NCBI GenBank assembly: GCA_029259545.1
Contig: JAPHEE010000003.1
Span: 10,049 to 74,048, forward strand
Direction: 5' to 3'
From: Candidatus Alkanophaga volatiphilum
GTDB taxonomy: Archaea; Halobacteriota; Syntropharchaeia; Alkanophagales; B39-G2
Length of the DNA stretch: 64,000 nucleotides
Position numbers and translations under genes: made by a program. The number at the start of each line of letters is the position of its first letter. Within the stretch, counting starts at the first letter, position 1. Under the pieces are notes generated by a model. It was not told where the DNA came from and searched no databases. It saw nothing but the letters and a program-made list of their open reading frames with translations. This document shows positions 28,097 to 38,188 of the stretch, one piece after another.

Positions 28097-29632
28097 TCAG
28101 CAAGGCTCTATGGTGGACGGCGGCTTCGAGGAGATGGCGTAGGCGACCCACGTCACGCCCTCGACCTCGTTGGTGATCCGCCGGCTGATGTTTTCGAGCA
28201 CGTCGTACGGCAGCCTGGCGAAGTCGGCGGTCATGGCTTCGACGGACTCGACGACCCGCACGATGACGATGTGCCCGAGGCGACGCTCGTCACCGAGGAC
28301 GCCGGTCGCAAGGTCGTCCCCGACGACCGCGAACGCCTGCCAGACCCTGTCGTACCAGCCGCTCTTCTTCAATTCCTCCTCGACGATGAACGATGCTTCC
28401 CGGCAGATCCGCAGCTTCTCCTCGGTGACCTCGCCGATGATGCGGGCGGCGAGCCCCGGTCCGGGGAACGGGTGCCTCCTTATTATCTCCTCAGGAAGCC
28501 CCAGCTCCCTCGCTATCTCCCTGACTTCGTCCTTGTAAAGGTCTTTTATCGGCTCTATGAGCCTGAGGTTCATCCTTTCCGGGAGCGCACCGACGTTATG
28601 ATGCGACTTTATCCTCGAAGCACGGGCGCCGCTCTGCGCCCTTGCGCTCTCGATCCTGTCGGGGTATATGGTGCCCTGGGCGAGGAAGTCCACCCTGCCG
28701 AGCTTTCGAGCCTCCTCCTCGAAAACCCGGATGAACTCCTCCCCTATGACCCTGCGTTTCTCCTCGGGGTCGCTCACGCCTTTAAGGCGACGCATGAAAC
28801 GCTCCTTAGCGTCGACGTGCACGACCCGCAGCTTAAGTCTTTTGAAGGTTTCCAGAAGCTCCTCCGTCTCGTTCTTCCGCATGAGCCCGTGATCCACGTA
28901 GATGCACGTCAGGTTGTCGCCGACCGCTTTGTGCACGAGGAGCGCCGTCGTCGTGGAGTCGATGCCGCCGCTGAGCGCGCAGATGACCTTCTTGTCGCCA
29001 ACCTCCCTTCTTATTTCCTCTATAGCACGCCGCACGAAGTCCTTAAGCTCCCAGTTGCGCTCCAGTCCGCAGATCCGAAACAGGAAGTTCCCGATGATTT
29101 CCTTGCCGCTCTCCGTGTGGTGCACTTCGGGGTGGAACTGCACGCCGTAGACGTTCTCGCCCCTGATGCGGAAGGCGGCGAGCGGCGAGTGCTCCGTGTG
29201 CCCCAAAATTTCAGCGTTCGGCAGCTCTTCTATCCGGTCGCTGTGCGACATCCAGACCGTTATCCTCCTGCGAATGCCGTGGAACAGCTCGTCTTCCTTA
29301 TCTATAAAAAAATCGGTCTTTCCGAACTCCCTCTGCTCAGCACGCCGCACGACGCCGCCTTTGAGGTGCGCGATGAGCTGCGCACCGTAACAAATCCCCA
29401 AAATCGGGACGCCGAGCTCGAAGACCACAGGGTCGCATGTCGGCGCATCCGACTCATAAACGCTCTTCGGTCCTCCTGAGAATATTATCGCCCGCGTCCC
29501 CTCCTTTACAAGCTCTTTCGCAGGGATATCGTGCGGGAAGAGCTCGGAATACACACCGAGCTCCCGACACCGCCTGACGATTAGATGCGCGTACTGCCCG
29601 CCGAAGTCCAGCACTGCGACCTTTTGCCGCAT
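28097..29632 (-). CDS. guaA: GMP synthase (glutamine-hydrolysing), full-length two-domain type
   Basis: KVAVLDFGGQY GATase start, SGGVDS PP-loop, C-terminal dimerisation domain. Confidence 0.85.
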   Translation of the reverse strand: MRQKVAVLDFGGQYAHLIVRRCRELGVYSELFPHDIPAKELVKEGTRAIIFSGGPKSVYESDAPTCDPVVFELGVPILGICYGAQLIAHLKGGVVRRAEQREFGKTDFFIDKEDELFHGIRRRITVWMSHSDRIEELPNAEILGHTEHSPLAAFRIRGENVYGVQFHPEVHHTESGKEIIGNFLFRICGLERNWELKDFVRRAIEEIRREVGDKKVICALSGGIDSTTTALLVHKAVGDNLTCIYVDHGLMRKNETEELLETFKRLKLRVVHVDAKERFMRRLKGVSDPEEKRRVIGEEFIRVFEEEARKLGRVDFLAQGTIYPDRIESARAQSGARASRIKSHHNVGALPERMNLRLIEPIKDLYKDEVREIARELGLPEEIIRRHPFPGPGLAARIIGEVTEEKLRICREASFIVEEELKKSGWYDRVWQAFAVVGDDLATGVLGDERRLGHIVIVRVVESVEAMTADFARLPYDVLENISRRITNEVEGVTWVAYAISSKPPSTIEPC

Positions 29633-29771
29633 GCCTCGTTCCATCTCGTCAGTTTCGTCTCTGGTATTAAATTGATTGTTGCTCTCGCAGGGCAGCTTGC
29701 CATGTGATTACGAAAGCGTTAAATCATATTTTATCATTATCTATGACTGTGCCCCCATAGGTGTTTGGGTG

Positions 29772-29906
29772 ATGAGAATGGCTGTTTTGTGTGAGTTATG
29801 CGGTAAAAGTGAGGCTATATACGAGTGTAGTGAGTGCGGTGCGAAAATATGCGACGATTGCACGAAAGAAGTGTCCTATGAGGAGTATCATCCCGGTATC
29901 GAATGA
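29772..29906 (+). CDS. small zinc-ribbon protein (about 44 aa), possibly longer via a frame change
   Basis: MRMAVLCELCGKSEAIYECSECGAKICDDC; an adjacent frame downstream encodes ...KKKLCLKCFEE. Confidence 0.3.
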   Translation: MRMAVLCELCGKSEAIYECSECGAKICDDCTKEVSYEEYHPGIE

Positions 29907-30004
29907 AGGGCGAGTCCTTCATAGGGGCGATGAGTGAGGGGCGGGTGAAGAAAAAGTTATGCCTGAAGTGTTTCGAGGAGGTAGACCTGTTGGGGTGAGA
30001 CGTT

Positions 30005-31636
30005 TTGCAAAATGAGGTCTCTGAAGAATCTGAGTTGATAGCAACCGTTGGGAAGACCTCTGTGAAAATAAAAGAAGTAGTTAGGGACGCCCGTGGCATA
30101 GAAGAGGTTGTGAAGCTGGCGATCGAACATCCGGACTTCGGCTGTCGGAGCGGCGGCTGCAGCAGGTCGAGTGCCGCCTCCGCATATACCCGTCGGCGAG
30201 GGATCTCAAGGATTTCTCCTCGGCAGATACTCGCCGCTGCATGTTCCTCAGTCGGAGACGTGCACGGACTGCTCGCTCGGACCTTGCGACCTCAGCACCG
30301 AGAGGGGCGCTTGCGGCTCGGACATGCGGACGAAGTGCGCAAGGGACAGCCTGCTCGCAGCGTGTCGTGGCGCCTCCCAGATGATCTCGCACGCCCGTGA
30401 GCTCCTCGACGAAGCGCTTAAGCGCTTCGGCAGAGACGAGAAAATAAGCCATGGACGCAACGTCAGATACCCGTCGATATGCACGATGCTCTTCACCGGA
30501 AAGCCGATATATACGCTGGACGACGCCGATGACGCCCTAAAATATGCGGAAAGGCAGCTTTCTGAACTTCTGGCGGCAGCGACGGCGCCTGGTGAATTGG
30601 ATGTTCTTGACCTAGAGTGCAAAGCGATGCATGCGGGCTCGATGTTTTACTTGCGGCGGAGGTGGCGGAGCTCGTCAAGGAATCCTGCTTCGGGCTTTGT
30701 AGCGCGGCTGAACAGGACCTCGTAGACCTTCCGAACTTCCCGCACTTCATAGAGCGTGGCGTCGGCGCCCTCGACCTCGGAAAGCCCGTCATTCTCTTCC
30801 TCGGAAACTCGTTCCTCGCGGGCATAGAAACCATCGAACTTGTTAAAAAGCGGGGGCTCGAAGACGAAATTCAGATCTGCGGCGTCGGGCAGATGGGCTT
30901 CGACCTCGGCAGACGTTATGAGCGGGTGAAGCATCTTGGCGGCGCCCTGAAAGCGTTGAGGGTGGTACGTGCCGGCGTCGCCGACGTCATCGTCGTGGGC
31001 GAGCAATGCGTCCACCTTAACTTGAAGAGGCGAAGAGGGCGAGAACCGCCGTAATTGCCGTCTCGTCATCAGCATGGGGCTTGACGACATGACCGGCGAG
31101 GAAACCTCGAAGATCGTGGAAATGCTAGTAGGTGGCGAGGTGACAGGCGTCCTCATCCTGAATCCAGATAAGGCGGCGGAGGTCGCCATCGAGACCGCAA
31201 GGGCGCTCTCTAAAGGGAGGGAGAAAAGCTTATGCTTCCAAGACTCAGCGACGCCGCCCGCTGCAATGGCTGCGGCGTATGCGACGACGCCTGCCCGAAT
31301 GCTCTTGAGGTCTCGGAGGCGGTACTCGCAGCAAAGGGCGGCGACGCCGAGAAACTTAAAGAACTTTACGACAGCTGCTGGTTCTGCGCGCGTTGTGAAG
31401 GCGTCTGTCCTGAGAACATACCAATAATGAGCCTGATCCTGAGCGCCGCCAAGGACAAAATGCGAGCGGAGCGCTTCAAGATGCGACCCGGCAGGGGTAC
31501 GCCTGTTATCGAGTATAGGGATGTCGCCTACGCCTTCGGCTTCGGGACGGTTTCCGGAATGGTGGCGATCATAGGCTGTAGTGCATACCCGGGAAGCGAG
31601 CGGGATGTCAGCTACATGACGAGCTTGTGGATATGA
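30005..31636 (+). pseudogene. cdhA: CO dehydrogenase/acetyl-CoA synthase alpha subunit (CdhA) remnant: N-terminal about 470 aa equivalents with at least 4 frameshifts; C-terminal half absent
   Basis: pieces in alternating frames: TCTDCSLGPCDLSTERGACGSDM (CODH CxxGPC motif), ADVIVVGEQCV, and 2x[4Fe-4S] RCNGCGVCDDACP...CWFCARCEGVCP ferredoxin insert. Confidence 0.7.
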
Positions 31637-32406
31637 ATTATCTTGTACTGACCGCAGGTTGTTGCGCGGCGGACATCGCATCCTTCTACGGCTGTACGCT
31701 CTGCCAGAGCTTTGCGCCGAACCACTGCTGCGTGATCACGCCCGACCGTACGCCGTTCTGCGGCGTTCTTAATTGGCATAACGCTCGTGCGTGCCTCGAC
31801 GTCGACCCCATGGGCTACTGCTTCGTCATTCCGAAGGGTGAGTGTTTGGACCCCGACGTCGGATGCTACTCTGGCGTCGAGAAAGCAATCTACGAACGCT
31901 CGAACCGCACGATAAAGCGGGTGTACTTGTACTCAACAATAAAGTACCCGATGACATCTTGCGGCTGCTTCGAGATTCTAGTGTTCTACATTCCGGAGGT
32001 TGATGGTCTCGGCATTGTGAACCGCACCTACAAGGGCAAGACGCCTTTGGGCGTGCCGTTCTCGACGCTTGCGGGCATGTGCGGCGGGGGCGTCCAGTAT
32101 CATGGCTTCTGCGGCGCCTGCGTCCTTTATCTCAAAAGCCCGAAGTTTGCGCAGGGCGACGGCGGCTGGGATCGTGTCGTCTGGATTCCTAAGGACCTGA
32201 AGATGAAGATCGCCGACGCCATCCCAGAGACGCACTTCCATCTCATACCAACCGAAGAGGACGCCGTCGAGCCCGATGAACTCAAGGAGTGGCTGAAGAA
32301 GGTCGAGCACCCCATAGTGAAGAAGTTCTGGAAAGACGGCGAGCCGCAGCCAATACAGCTGCCGGGCCCCGGCGAGCTATGGCCTGAAGACAAGGAAGAA
32401 GACTAG
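31627..32406 (+). pseudogene. cdhC: acetyl-CoA decarbonylase/synthase beta subunit (CdhC) C-terminal half only, fused to the cdhA remnant
   Basis: FYGCTLCQSFAPNHCCVITPDR, TSCGCFE (A-cluster Cys-Gly-Cys), FAQGDGGWDRVVW; N-terminal about 220 aa and cdhB missing. Confidence 0.7.
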
Positions 32407-32892
32407 CTAGGGGCATCGACTCAGAAACTCTCTTATCTTTACTTCCTGCGCCTTTTTCGCATTTTCGAGCTTTTTGGCAAGCTCTTCACTCAGGGCAACG
32501 CCGGTCACCCCCCTTAAAATCTCGACGTAAGAAACAAGTTCTTTCTCTAGGAGCAGCTCGTAGAAGCGTAGGACTGCTCGCTCCTCGACAGCAGGGGCGA
32601 CTGCTGTCAGTTCGTGCAACACCCTTATCTTTTCCACGCTTTCCTTCGGATTCGTCGCCATACGAGCAAAGAGTTTTGCATAAGCGTTTTGGATGACCCC
32701 GTCCTCGAGCTTCGGCAGGAAGCCTATGGACTTCACGAGCCTAGCAACGCCGTGCACTAAACACTTTTCAAGAAGCCGTTCACACTTCTCTCTGACGCAT
32801 GCCTCAAGTTCCCGCCTCAATTTCTCACGGGCGGCGGCGTCCGCCTCTGCCTCTAACGCCTCTTTTAAAGTCAGTATCTCTTCAACCTTCAT
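32407..32892 (-). CDS. hypothetical helical protein
   Basis: start moved to MKVEEILTLKEAL; overlaps upstream stop (ATGA). Confidence 0.4.
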   Translation of the reverse strand: MKVEEILTLKEALEAEADAAAREKLRRELEACVREKCERLLEKCLVHGVARLVKSIGFLPKLEDGVIQNAYAKLFARMATNPKESVEKIRVLHELTAVAPAVEERAVLRFYELLLEKELVSYVEILRGVTGVALSEELAKKLENAKKAQEVKIREFLSRCP

Positions 32893-33287
32893 CACCCAAA
32901 GTAAGGAAAGCTTCGTTTTTTGTAACATTCCTCCTTGAAAGGGCAGCCCTCCGCAGTCCAGCATGCAAGATACGCTTCTTCGACGTACTCGTCCTCCTCA
33001 TCGTCGTAGTCCTCGAACACGAATCGCGGCTCGAAGCACTCGTAGCTATCCCAAGGGCGGATGATCCTGCCCCGGCAGTAGCCTACGCTCCCCTTCTTTA
33101 TCCCTTCTATCAGCTCCTTTAACGTCTCATCGATCTCGTAATCCCACACCGGCACCTCGACACGCTCCCCTAGGATCTCAACCACAACGACCTCATCGCT
33201 CTTCGTCCGCTTAATGTCGAACATCGCCTTCCTCACAACAGCGTGTTCCCAATGCTTGCACGAATAGCAGCAGTGCATCTTTCTCAC
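32892..33287 (-). CDS. hypothetical Cys-rich protein
   Basis: 131 aa with 9 Cys (HCCYSC, CRGR, CWTAEGC). Confidence 0.4.
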   Translation of the reverse strand: MRKMHCCYSCKHWEHAVVRKAMFDIKRTKSDEVVVVEILGERVEVPVWDYEIDETLKELIEGIKKGSVGYCRGRIIRPWDSYECFEPRFVFEDYDDEEDEYVEEAYLACWTAEGCPFKEECYKKRSFPYFG

Positions 33288-34075
33288 CCTAAGCTTACGT
33301 AGGAAAATATCTTTTCTTTGATCTCGTATATGCGTTCTACGGCTTCGCCACCGACGTCTATCGGCGCCTTTCCCTCCATGTCTGCCCTTATCAGGGTTTC
33401 ATCGTAAGGGATGACGCCAATGACCGGTATCCGCAGCTCCTGTTCGAGTTTACTTCTGAGAGTTTCGACGACCGCCTCGTCGCTTGCCTTGTTTATGATC
33501 GCTGCTATGTCGTTCACGCCAATGTCTGCTGCAAGCTTTTTGATGCGTTTTGCGGTCTCAACGGAACGCATTCCGGGCTCGACAACCGCCAGCATTAGAT
33601 CGACACCCCTTGCGGTGCCGCGTCCTAAATGCTCGATGCCTGCCTCCATGTCGAGGATCACAACCTTACCCCTGAAGATCACATGCCGGAGAAGCGCCCG
33701 TAAAAACGCATTTTCAGGACATACGCAGCCGCCCCCGCCCTTCTCAACAGTGCCCATCACGATAAGACGGACGCCGTCCGGGGCGACGGCGCTGTACTTC
33801 GCAACGACATCGTCCACCTTTGGATTGAGCTTGTAGACGCCACCGTAGCCGCCAGTCCTTTCGTATATCAGGTCCTTAAGCTCCGAGATGGGCGTCGGCA
33901 CCTCCGAAACGCCAAGCGCCGACGCGAGATTCATGGCAGGGTCGGCATCTATGGCGATGACCTCATAGCCGTCCCTCGCAAGCGCCCGGGCAAGCGTGCC
34001 CGCAAGCGTTGTCTTCCCAACGCCACCCTTCCCTGAGATCGCTATTTTCACGCCTCTTGCCTGCATGGCTACCAT
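33284..34075 (-). CDS. cooC: CO dehydrogenase maturation ATPase CooC (MinD/ParA family)
   Basis: GKGGVGKTT P-loop and GGGCVCPENA CxC motif. Confidence 0.8.
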   Translation of the reverse strand: MVAMQARGVKIAISGKGGVGKTTLAGTLARALARDGYEVIAIDADPAMNLASALGVSEVPTPISELKDLIYERTGGYGGVYKLNPKVDDVVAKYSAVAPDGVRLIVMGTVEKGGGGCVCPENAFLRALLRHVIFRGKVVILDMEAGIEHLGRGTARGVDLMLAVVEPGMRSVETAKRIKKLAADIGVNDIAAIINKASDEAVVETLRSKLEQELRIPVIGVIPYDETLIRADMEGKAPIDVGGEAVERIYEIKEKIFSYVSLG

Positions 34076-34247
34076 ATTTTTAGTCTATAACTTAAGTTTC
34101 AATCAGAATTAGCTTGAGTTCTCTTTTTAAAGAACTCGTACGTTTTAGCCATGTTACTCACAGCAGAGGAGACATCTTTGCTTGCACGCAGCGGTGGTAA
34201 AATCGTATTGATGGAAGAAGCACATGGAAACATAGAGCGAGAGCACA

Positions 34248-34288
34248 TTTAAGAATATTGTTGCTGCTAATTCCCGCCTTTCAAAGGT
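34248..34288 (+). promoter_or_regulatory. TATA-like promoter motif (copy 2 of 2)
   Basis: 24-nt exact match with 4371-4394 plus TTCAAAGGTGC; a second canonical TATA (ATTATTTATAAAGG) at 34309-34322. Confidence 0.35.
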
Positions 34289-34490
34289 GCAGCAGGGGAG
34301 GCGGCGGGGATTATTTATAAAGGGCGTGTATTATGCGTTGCTCGCGGTGCGGGTTGGGTCGGGCGCCGAAGTGAAGCCTCGACACCGCAACCTCTGCCCG
34401 TGAGGCTGAAAGAGCCGCCGGGCAAGGCGAGGATGAACTGGAAACCCCCTCAGAATGCCCCTTCAGCGAGGGGAGGCGGTCACAAATCAC
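34289..34490 (+). ncRNA. candidate structured non-coding RNA (unknown class)
   Basis: about 200 nt GC-rich non-coding sequence with helix-forming segments (GCGGTG...CACCGC; CCCTCAGAATGCCCCTTCAGCGAGGGGAGG resembles the copy-1 hairpins). Confidence 0.2.
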
Positions 34491-34950
34491 ACCTCATTTG
34501 TGAATCACTTATGAAACCTGAATCTTGCCAGAGAACGGACACGTATGCACGTCTTTTTAACGTTCCGTAAAGACTTGCTGTTATTTTTCTATGGCTGGAG
34601 TGTATATGAAGGCTGGAATTGCGGAGGTCGTGATGCGGCAATTTGCGGGCTCTGGTTAAGGATCCACGTGGGTCCTATCCGGTTTCCATCTGCTCCATAA
34701 AGCATGTTTGTTACCCTGCAAGTGTGTTAGAAGTAGCTTGTCATTGCGGTGAAGTGTTGCGCTACACAATATTAACAATGTTGTAGTCCCTCCCATCACA
34801 ATAAACGTATTGCTTTTAGATGGGCATATTTGGGCGTTAATGCATCGCTGCAAAGCCCTTGCGAGCGTTTCTAATGACCTGTACGAAAGCAATTGGGCCA
34901 ATGAAAAACTCATCCCCGAAGCTTTTAACATGCCGACGCAAAATTTGTCT

Positions 34951-35689
34951 GATGGAGTACAAAGTCGTTGGAGACAACCTCCAGATCGTAGAGATAACGC
35001 TCGAGGCGGGCGAGAAGGTTTACGCCGAGGCTGGCGCCATGGTTTACATGAGCGGCAATGTCAAAATGCAGGCGAAGGTCAAAGGTGGCATTCTTAAAGG
35101 CTTGAAGAGGAAGCTTGCCGGCGAGACGCTCTTCTTGACGGAATTCTCTACGAGTAGCGGTTCTGGCATCGTCGCATTCGCCGGGAACGCCCCTGGCACG
35201 ATCCAGCCCGTCGAAATATCTTCGGCAGAGCGAAGGGAGTTCATAGCGCAGAAAGACGCGTTTTTGTGCGCGGAGGACGGCGTCGACCTCGACATCACGT
35301 TCACAAAGAAACTTGGCGCCGCCATTTTCGGTGGCGAGGGCTTCATCCTCGAAAAGTTCTCAGGCGAGGGTCTTGTGTTCTTGCACGCCTGCGGTGACTT
35401 CATAGCGAAAGAGCTGGGCGTCGGCGAGACGCTGAGAGTGGATACTGGCTGCATCGTCGGCTTTGATGCCTCTGTGAAGTACGATATCGAGTTTGTAGGC
35501 GTTAAGTCTGCACTCTTCGGCGGCGAAGGCATTTTCGTGGCGACGCTCACAGGTCCTGGCAGGGTTCTCTTACAGTCGATGACGCTGCACAACCTCGCGG
35601 CAGCGCTTCGCCCATTCCTGTCGACTGGGATGTCCGGCGCCGACCGTGAGATAGGTTTCAAAATAGGGGGCTTTAAGATAGACATCTGA
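34951..35689 (+). CDS. TIGR00266/AIM24 (DUF124) family protein
   Basis: MEYKVVGDNLQIVEITLEAGEKVYAEAGAMVYMSGNVKM start typical of this family. Confidence 0.6.
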
Positions 35690-35692
35690 GGT

Positions 35693-36058
35693 GTGAGGAT
35701 GGGATACGAAGACGAAATAATGGGTTATCAGCTTGCAGAGCGGTTGAAATCAGGTCTTATAATGGGACAGAGGCTCATAGACACGTTTTCCTCGTTGGAA
35801 GAGAGCGAGCGTGGCGGCGCTCGGAAGATAGTGCTCACATTCTTCGAGGGGCTACTCAGCGAGACACAGTTTGCGCTGAATTTCACAAGCATGCAAGAGT
35901 TTGCAGAAATAGCCTCGGAGTTGCGAGATGTAATGAGAAAGGTCGAGGCTGGCGAACTCTCAGATACGAACTTGAACATAGGGAGGGCAATTTCAAAGGC
36001 GACGACGGTCTGCGACGCAAAAATTAGAGCTTTAAGAGTGATTTTTGAGGCTGATTGA
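35693..36058 (+). CDS. hypothetical protein
   Basis: 121-aa ORF adjacent to the AIM24-like gene. Confidence 0.35.
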   Translation: MRMGYEDEIMGYQLAERLKSGLIMGQRLIDTFSSLEESERGGARKIVLTFFEGLLSETQFALNFTSMQEFAEIASELRDVMRKVEAGELSDTNLNIGRAISKATTVCDAKIRALRVIFEAD

Positions 36059-36083
36059 CGCTGTTATGTGCTTGGTGGGAAGT

Positions 36084-36896
36084 ATGGACAAAATAACAAA
36101 GAGGTTTAAAGAGTTGAAGGAAAGAGGCGAAGGCGGGCTGATAGGTTTTATCACTGCTGGCGACCCCTCTGCCGATGCTACCGTTAAGATCGCAGATGCT
36201 TTGATAAGCGGCGGAGTGGACTTCCTCGAACTTGGCTTGCCGTTTTCAGATCCCATAGCTGACGGTCCAACCATACAAAAGGGGACCGAACGTAGTTTGA
36301 GGGCGGGTATGACACCTGACCTTTATTTTGAGGTCGCTAGGGATATTGAGGGCGTGCCGAAGATATGCTTGACTTATTACAACTTGGTCTTGAGGCGGGG
36401 CTTCAGAAAGTTCATAGAGGATTGCAAACGTGCTGGCATCGACGGTTTGATCGTGGCGGACCTCCCGATAGACGAGGCAACGCCGCTCCTCGAGCGATGT
36501 CGAGCGGAGAATTTCCACTTAATTTTCCTTGCGGCGCCGACGACGAGCGACGAGCGGCTGCGCTGGATAATGAGGGAGACTTCCGCCTTCTTGTATTTGG
36601 TGTCACTGCTCGGCGTCACCGGCGAGCGTGAGAAACTTTCTGCTTACGTGAAGCCGCTCCTGCGGAAAATAAGAGCGTTAGAGCAGGATATTAAAAAGGA
36701 GGTGAACGTGGGGGTCGGCTTCGGAATTTCAAGACCCGAACACGTCAGCGCCGTGATAACAGCGGGGGCGGATGCCGCTATTGTCGGAAGTGCCTTCGTC
36801 AGACTTATCGAAGAAAATGTTGATAACGAAGAGAAAATGCTGGAGGAAATAGAAAAATTTGCAAGGGCGCTGAAGGAGGCGACACGCCGCTCGTAG
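36084..36896 (+). CDS. trpA: tryptophan synthase alpha chain
   Basis: GLIGFITAGDPS...FLELGLPFSDPIADGPTIQ motifs. Confidence 0.8.
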   Translation: MDKITKRFKELKERGEGGLIGFITAGDPSADATVKIADALISGGVDFLELGLPFSDPIADGPTIQKGTERSLRAGMTPDLYFEVARDIEGVPKICLTYYNLVLRRGFRKFIEDCKRAGIDGLIVADLPIDEATPLLERCRAENFHLIFLAAPTTSDERLRWIMRETSAFLYLVSLLGVTGEREKLSAYVKPLLRKIRALEQDIKKEVNVGVGFGISRPEHVSAVITAGADAAIVGSAFVRLIEENVDNEEKMLEEIEKFARALKEATRRS

Positions 36897-37019
36897 CCAA
36901 GGTACTTTGGGCTAACATTTACAAATTTCGGCGGGAGAAAGCTTATGTTTAACATGAGATGAATCGCCGTTGGGTTTATACATTCGTTTTGCAATTTTGC
37001 TATTAGCGAGGCTGCGGGT

Positions 37020-37640
37020 ATAGCCTGCGGGCAGGCTGCGGTGAGCCGCTCGCCGTCGTGAGGCTCCCGGCTTCAGCCGTGGAGTAGCTCACAAAGTGCG
37101 GCACGAAGCTGCACTCCCCTCCGGCTTGGCACACAGCCCCCGCCCACACCATATAAGCATGGGCCCGTTTAAACGCCGTAGCTCCGAGGACGCCAATGAG
37201 GGGAGCAGCTGGGGATGGAGGCAGTTTGGAATCTACCTTGATCTCACTGCTTGTTGGGACTTTCGGGCGGGAAACCCTTTAGGTTTGCGTTGGTCTGGGC
37301 TCGGGGACGGACGCCTTTTCACATCACTGGCAACCGACTTCAGCACCCCCCGGCGCTCCGGTCTAAGGAGGCACTTTATCTTCCCGTTGCTTGCAAGACC
37401 CTGGGGATACAGGGGAGGCGGGTGGGGAAGTTTAAATACTTCAGTCTACTGAAGATTGGAATGTTTCTGATGACGCAAGGGGGAAGAGATGGGCAAATAG
37501 CCCATGCCTTAAGAGGCATGGGATGGGGGAGCTGTGAACCCCCCCGAATCCAGATGAAGCCTTAGCCGTAAAGGCAGGTGGAACGGGAGAAGCCCCGTCC
37601 GTAGGGCGGGGTAGTTCACCCTTTCTACCTTTCTATAGCT
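37020..37640 (+). repeat. 620-nt GC-rich non-coding composite repeat block (X-motif plus MITE-like segment)
   Basis: no ORF of 60 aa or more on either strand; 37115-37150 CTCCCCTCCGGCTTGGCACACAGCCCCCGCCC matches 61239-61270; 37385-37440 resembles the MITE left arm. Confidence 0.45.
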
Positions 37641-37725
37641 TTGAGCGCTGCCGACGACGCTTGACACAGGGAGGCTTCAGATGATTACTGTGTCATCCAA
37701 ACGTCAATCCGAATCTCTAATGCAG

Positions 37726-38130
37726 TCACTCCACACGCTCGACCAATGAGATGTTCAACACTCGCTCCAACTTTTGTCGCACTCTATCTTCAGGAACAAG
37801 TTCGCCCCGCTCTATCTTGCGGAGAAGTGAGACCTTCTCATTTATCTGCTTTGCAAGCTCTTCCTGCTTGAGTCCTAACTTTTCCCGGGCGTCCTTAATA
37901 CGCTTTCCGAAATCGGGAACGATCTCAAAGCTCAGCTCTTCATCCATAAGCTTGTATATTTTCTTCTTCCTTACCACCGGCGTTTTCACGCTGCTTGGTT
38001 TCACTTGCCGCTCGGTGACGACAACGCCGTATTTTGCGCAAGCCTTACAGACCCGTAGCTTAGAAGTGCCGATCTCAACGAGGTATGTGTGCGGCACATC
38101 CGCCCCGCATATCTCGCATTGCTGCGCCAT
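37726..38130 (-). CDS. mbf1: archaeal multiprotein-bridging factor 1 (Zn-ribbon plus HTH)
   Basis: CEICGA...CKAC zinc ribbon and C-terminal XRE-type HTH (LGLKQEELAKQINEKVSLLRKIERG). Confidence 0.7.
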   Translation of the reverse strand: MAQQCEICGADVPHTYLVEIGTSKLRVCKACAKYGVVVTERQVKPSSVKTPVVRKKKIYKLMDEELSFEIVPDFGKRIKDAREKLGLKQEELAKQINEKVSLLRKIERGELVPEDRVRQKLERVLNISLVERVE

Positions 38131-38188
38131 TTTGCATCAACTATTTATTAAGGTCGGACAAATTAAAAGGGAAACAGAGGGATAAAAG

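Noticed and set aside
27839-29479. 546-aa plus-strand ORF
   Set aside because: Entirely antisense to guaA, which has strong motifs; Arg/Pro-rich composition typical of GC-rich antisense frames.
30647-31681. 344-aa minus-strand ORF
   Set aside because: Antisense to the cdhA remnant frames, which carry recognisable CODH motifs.
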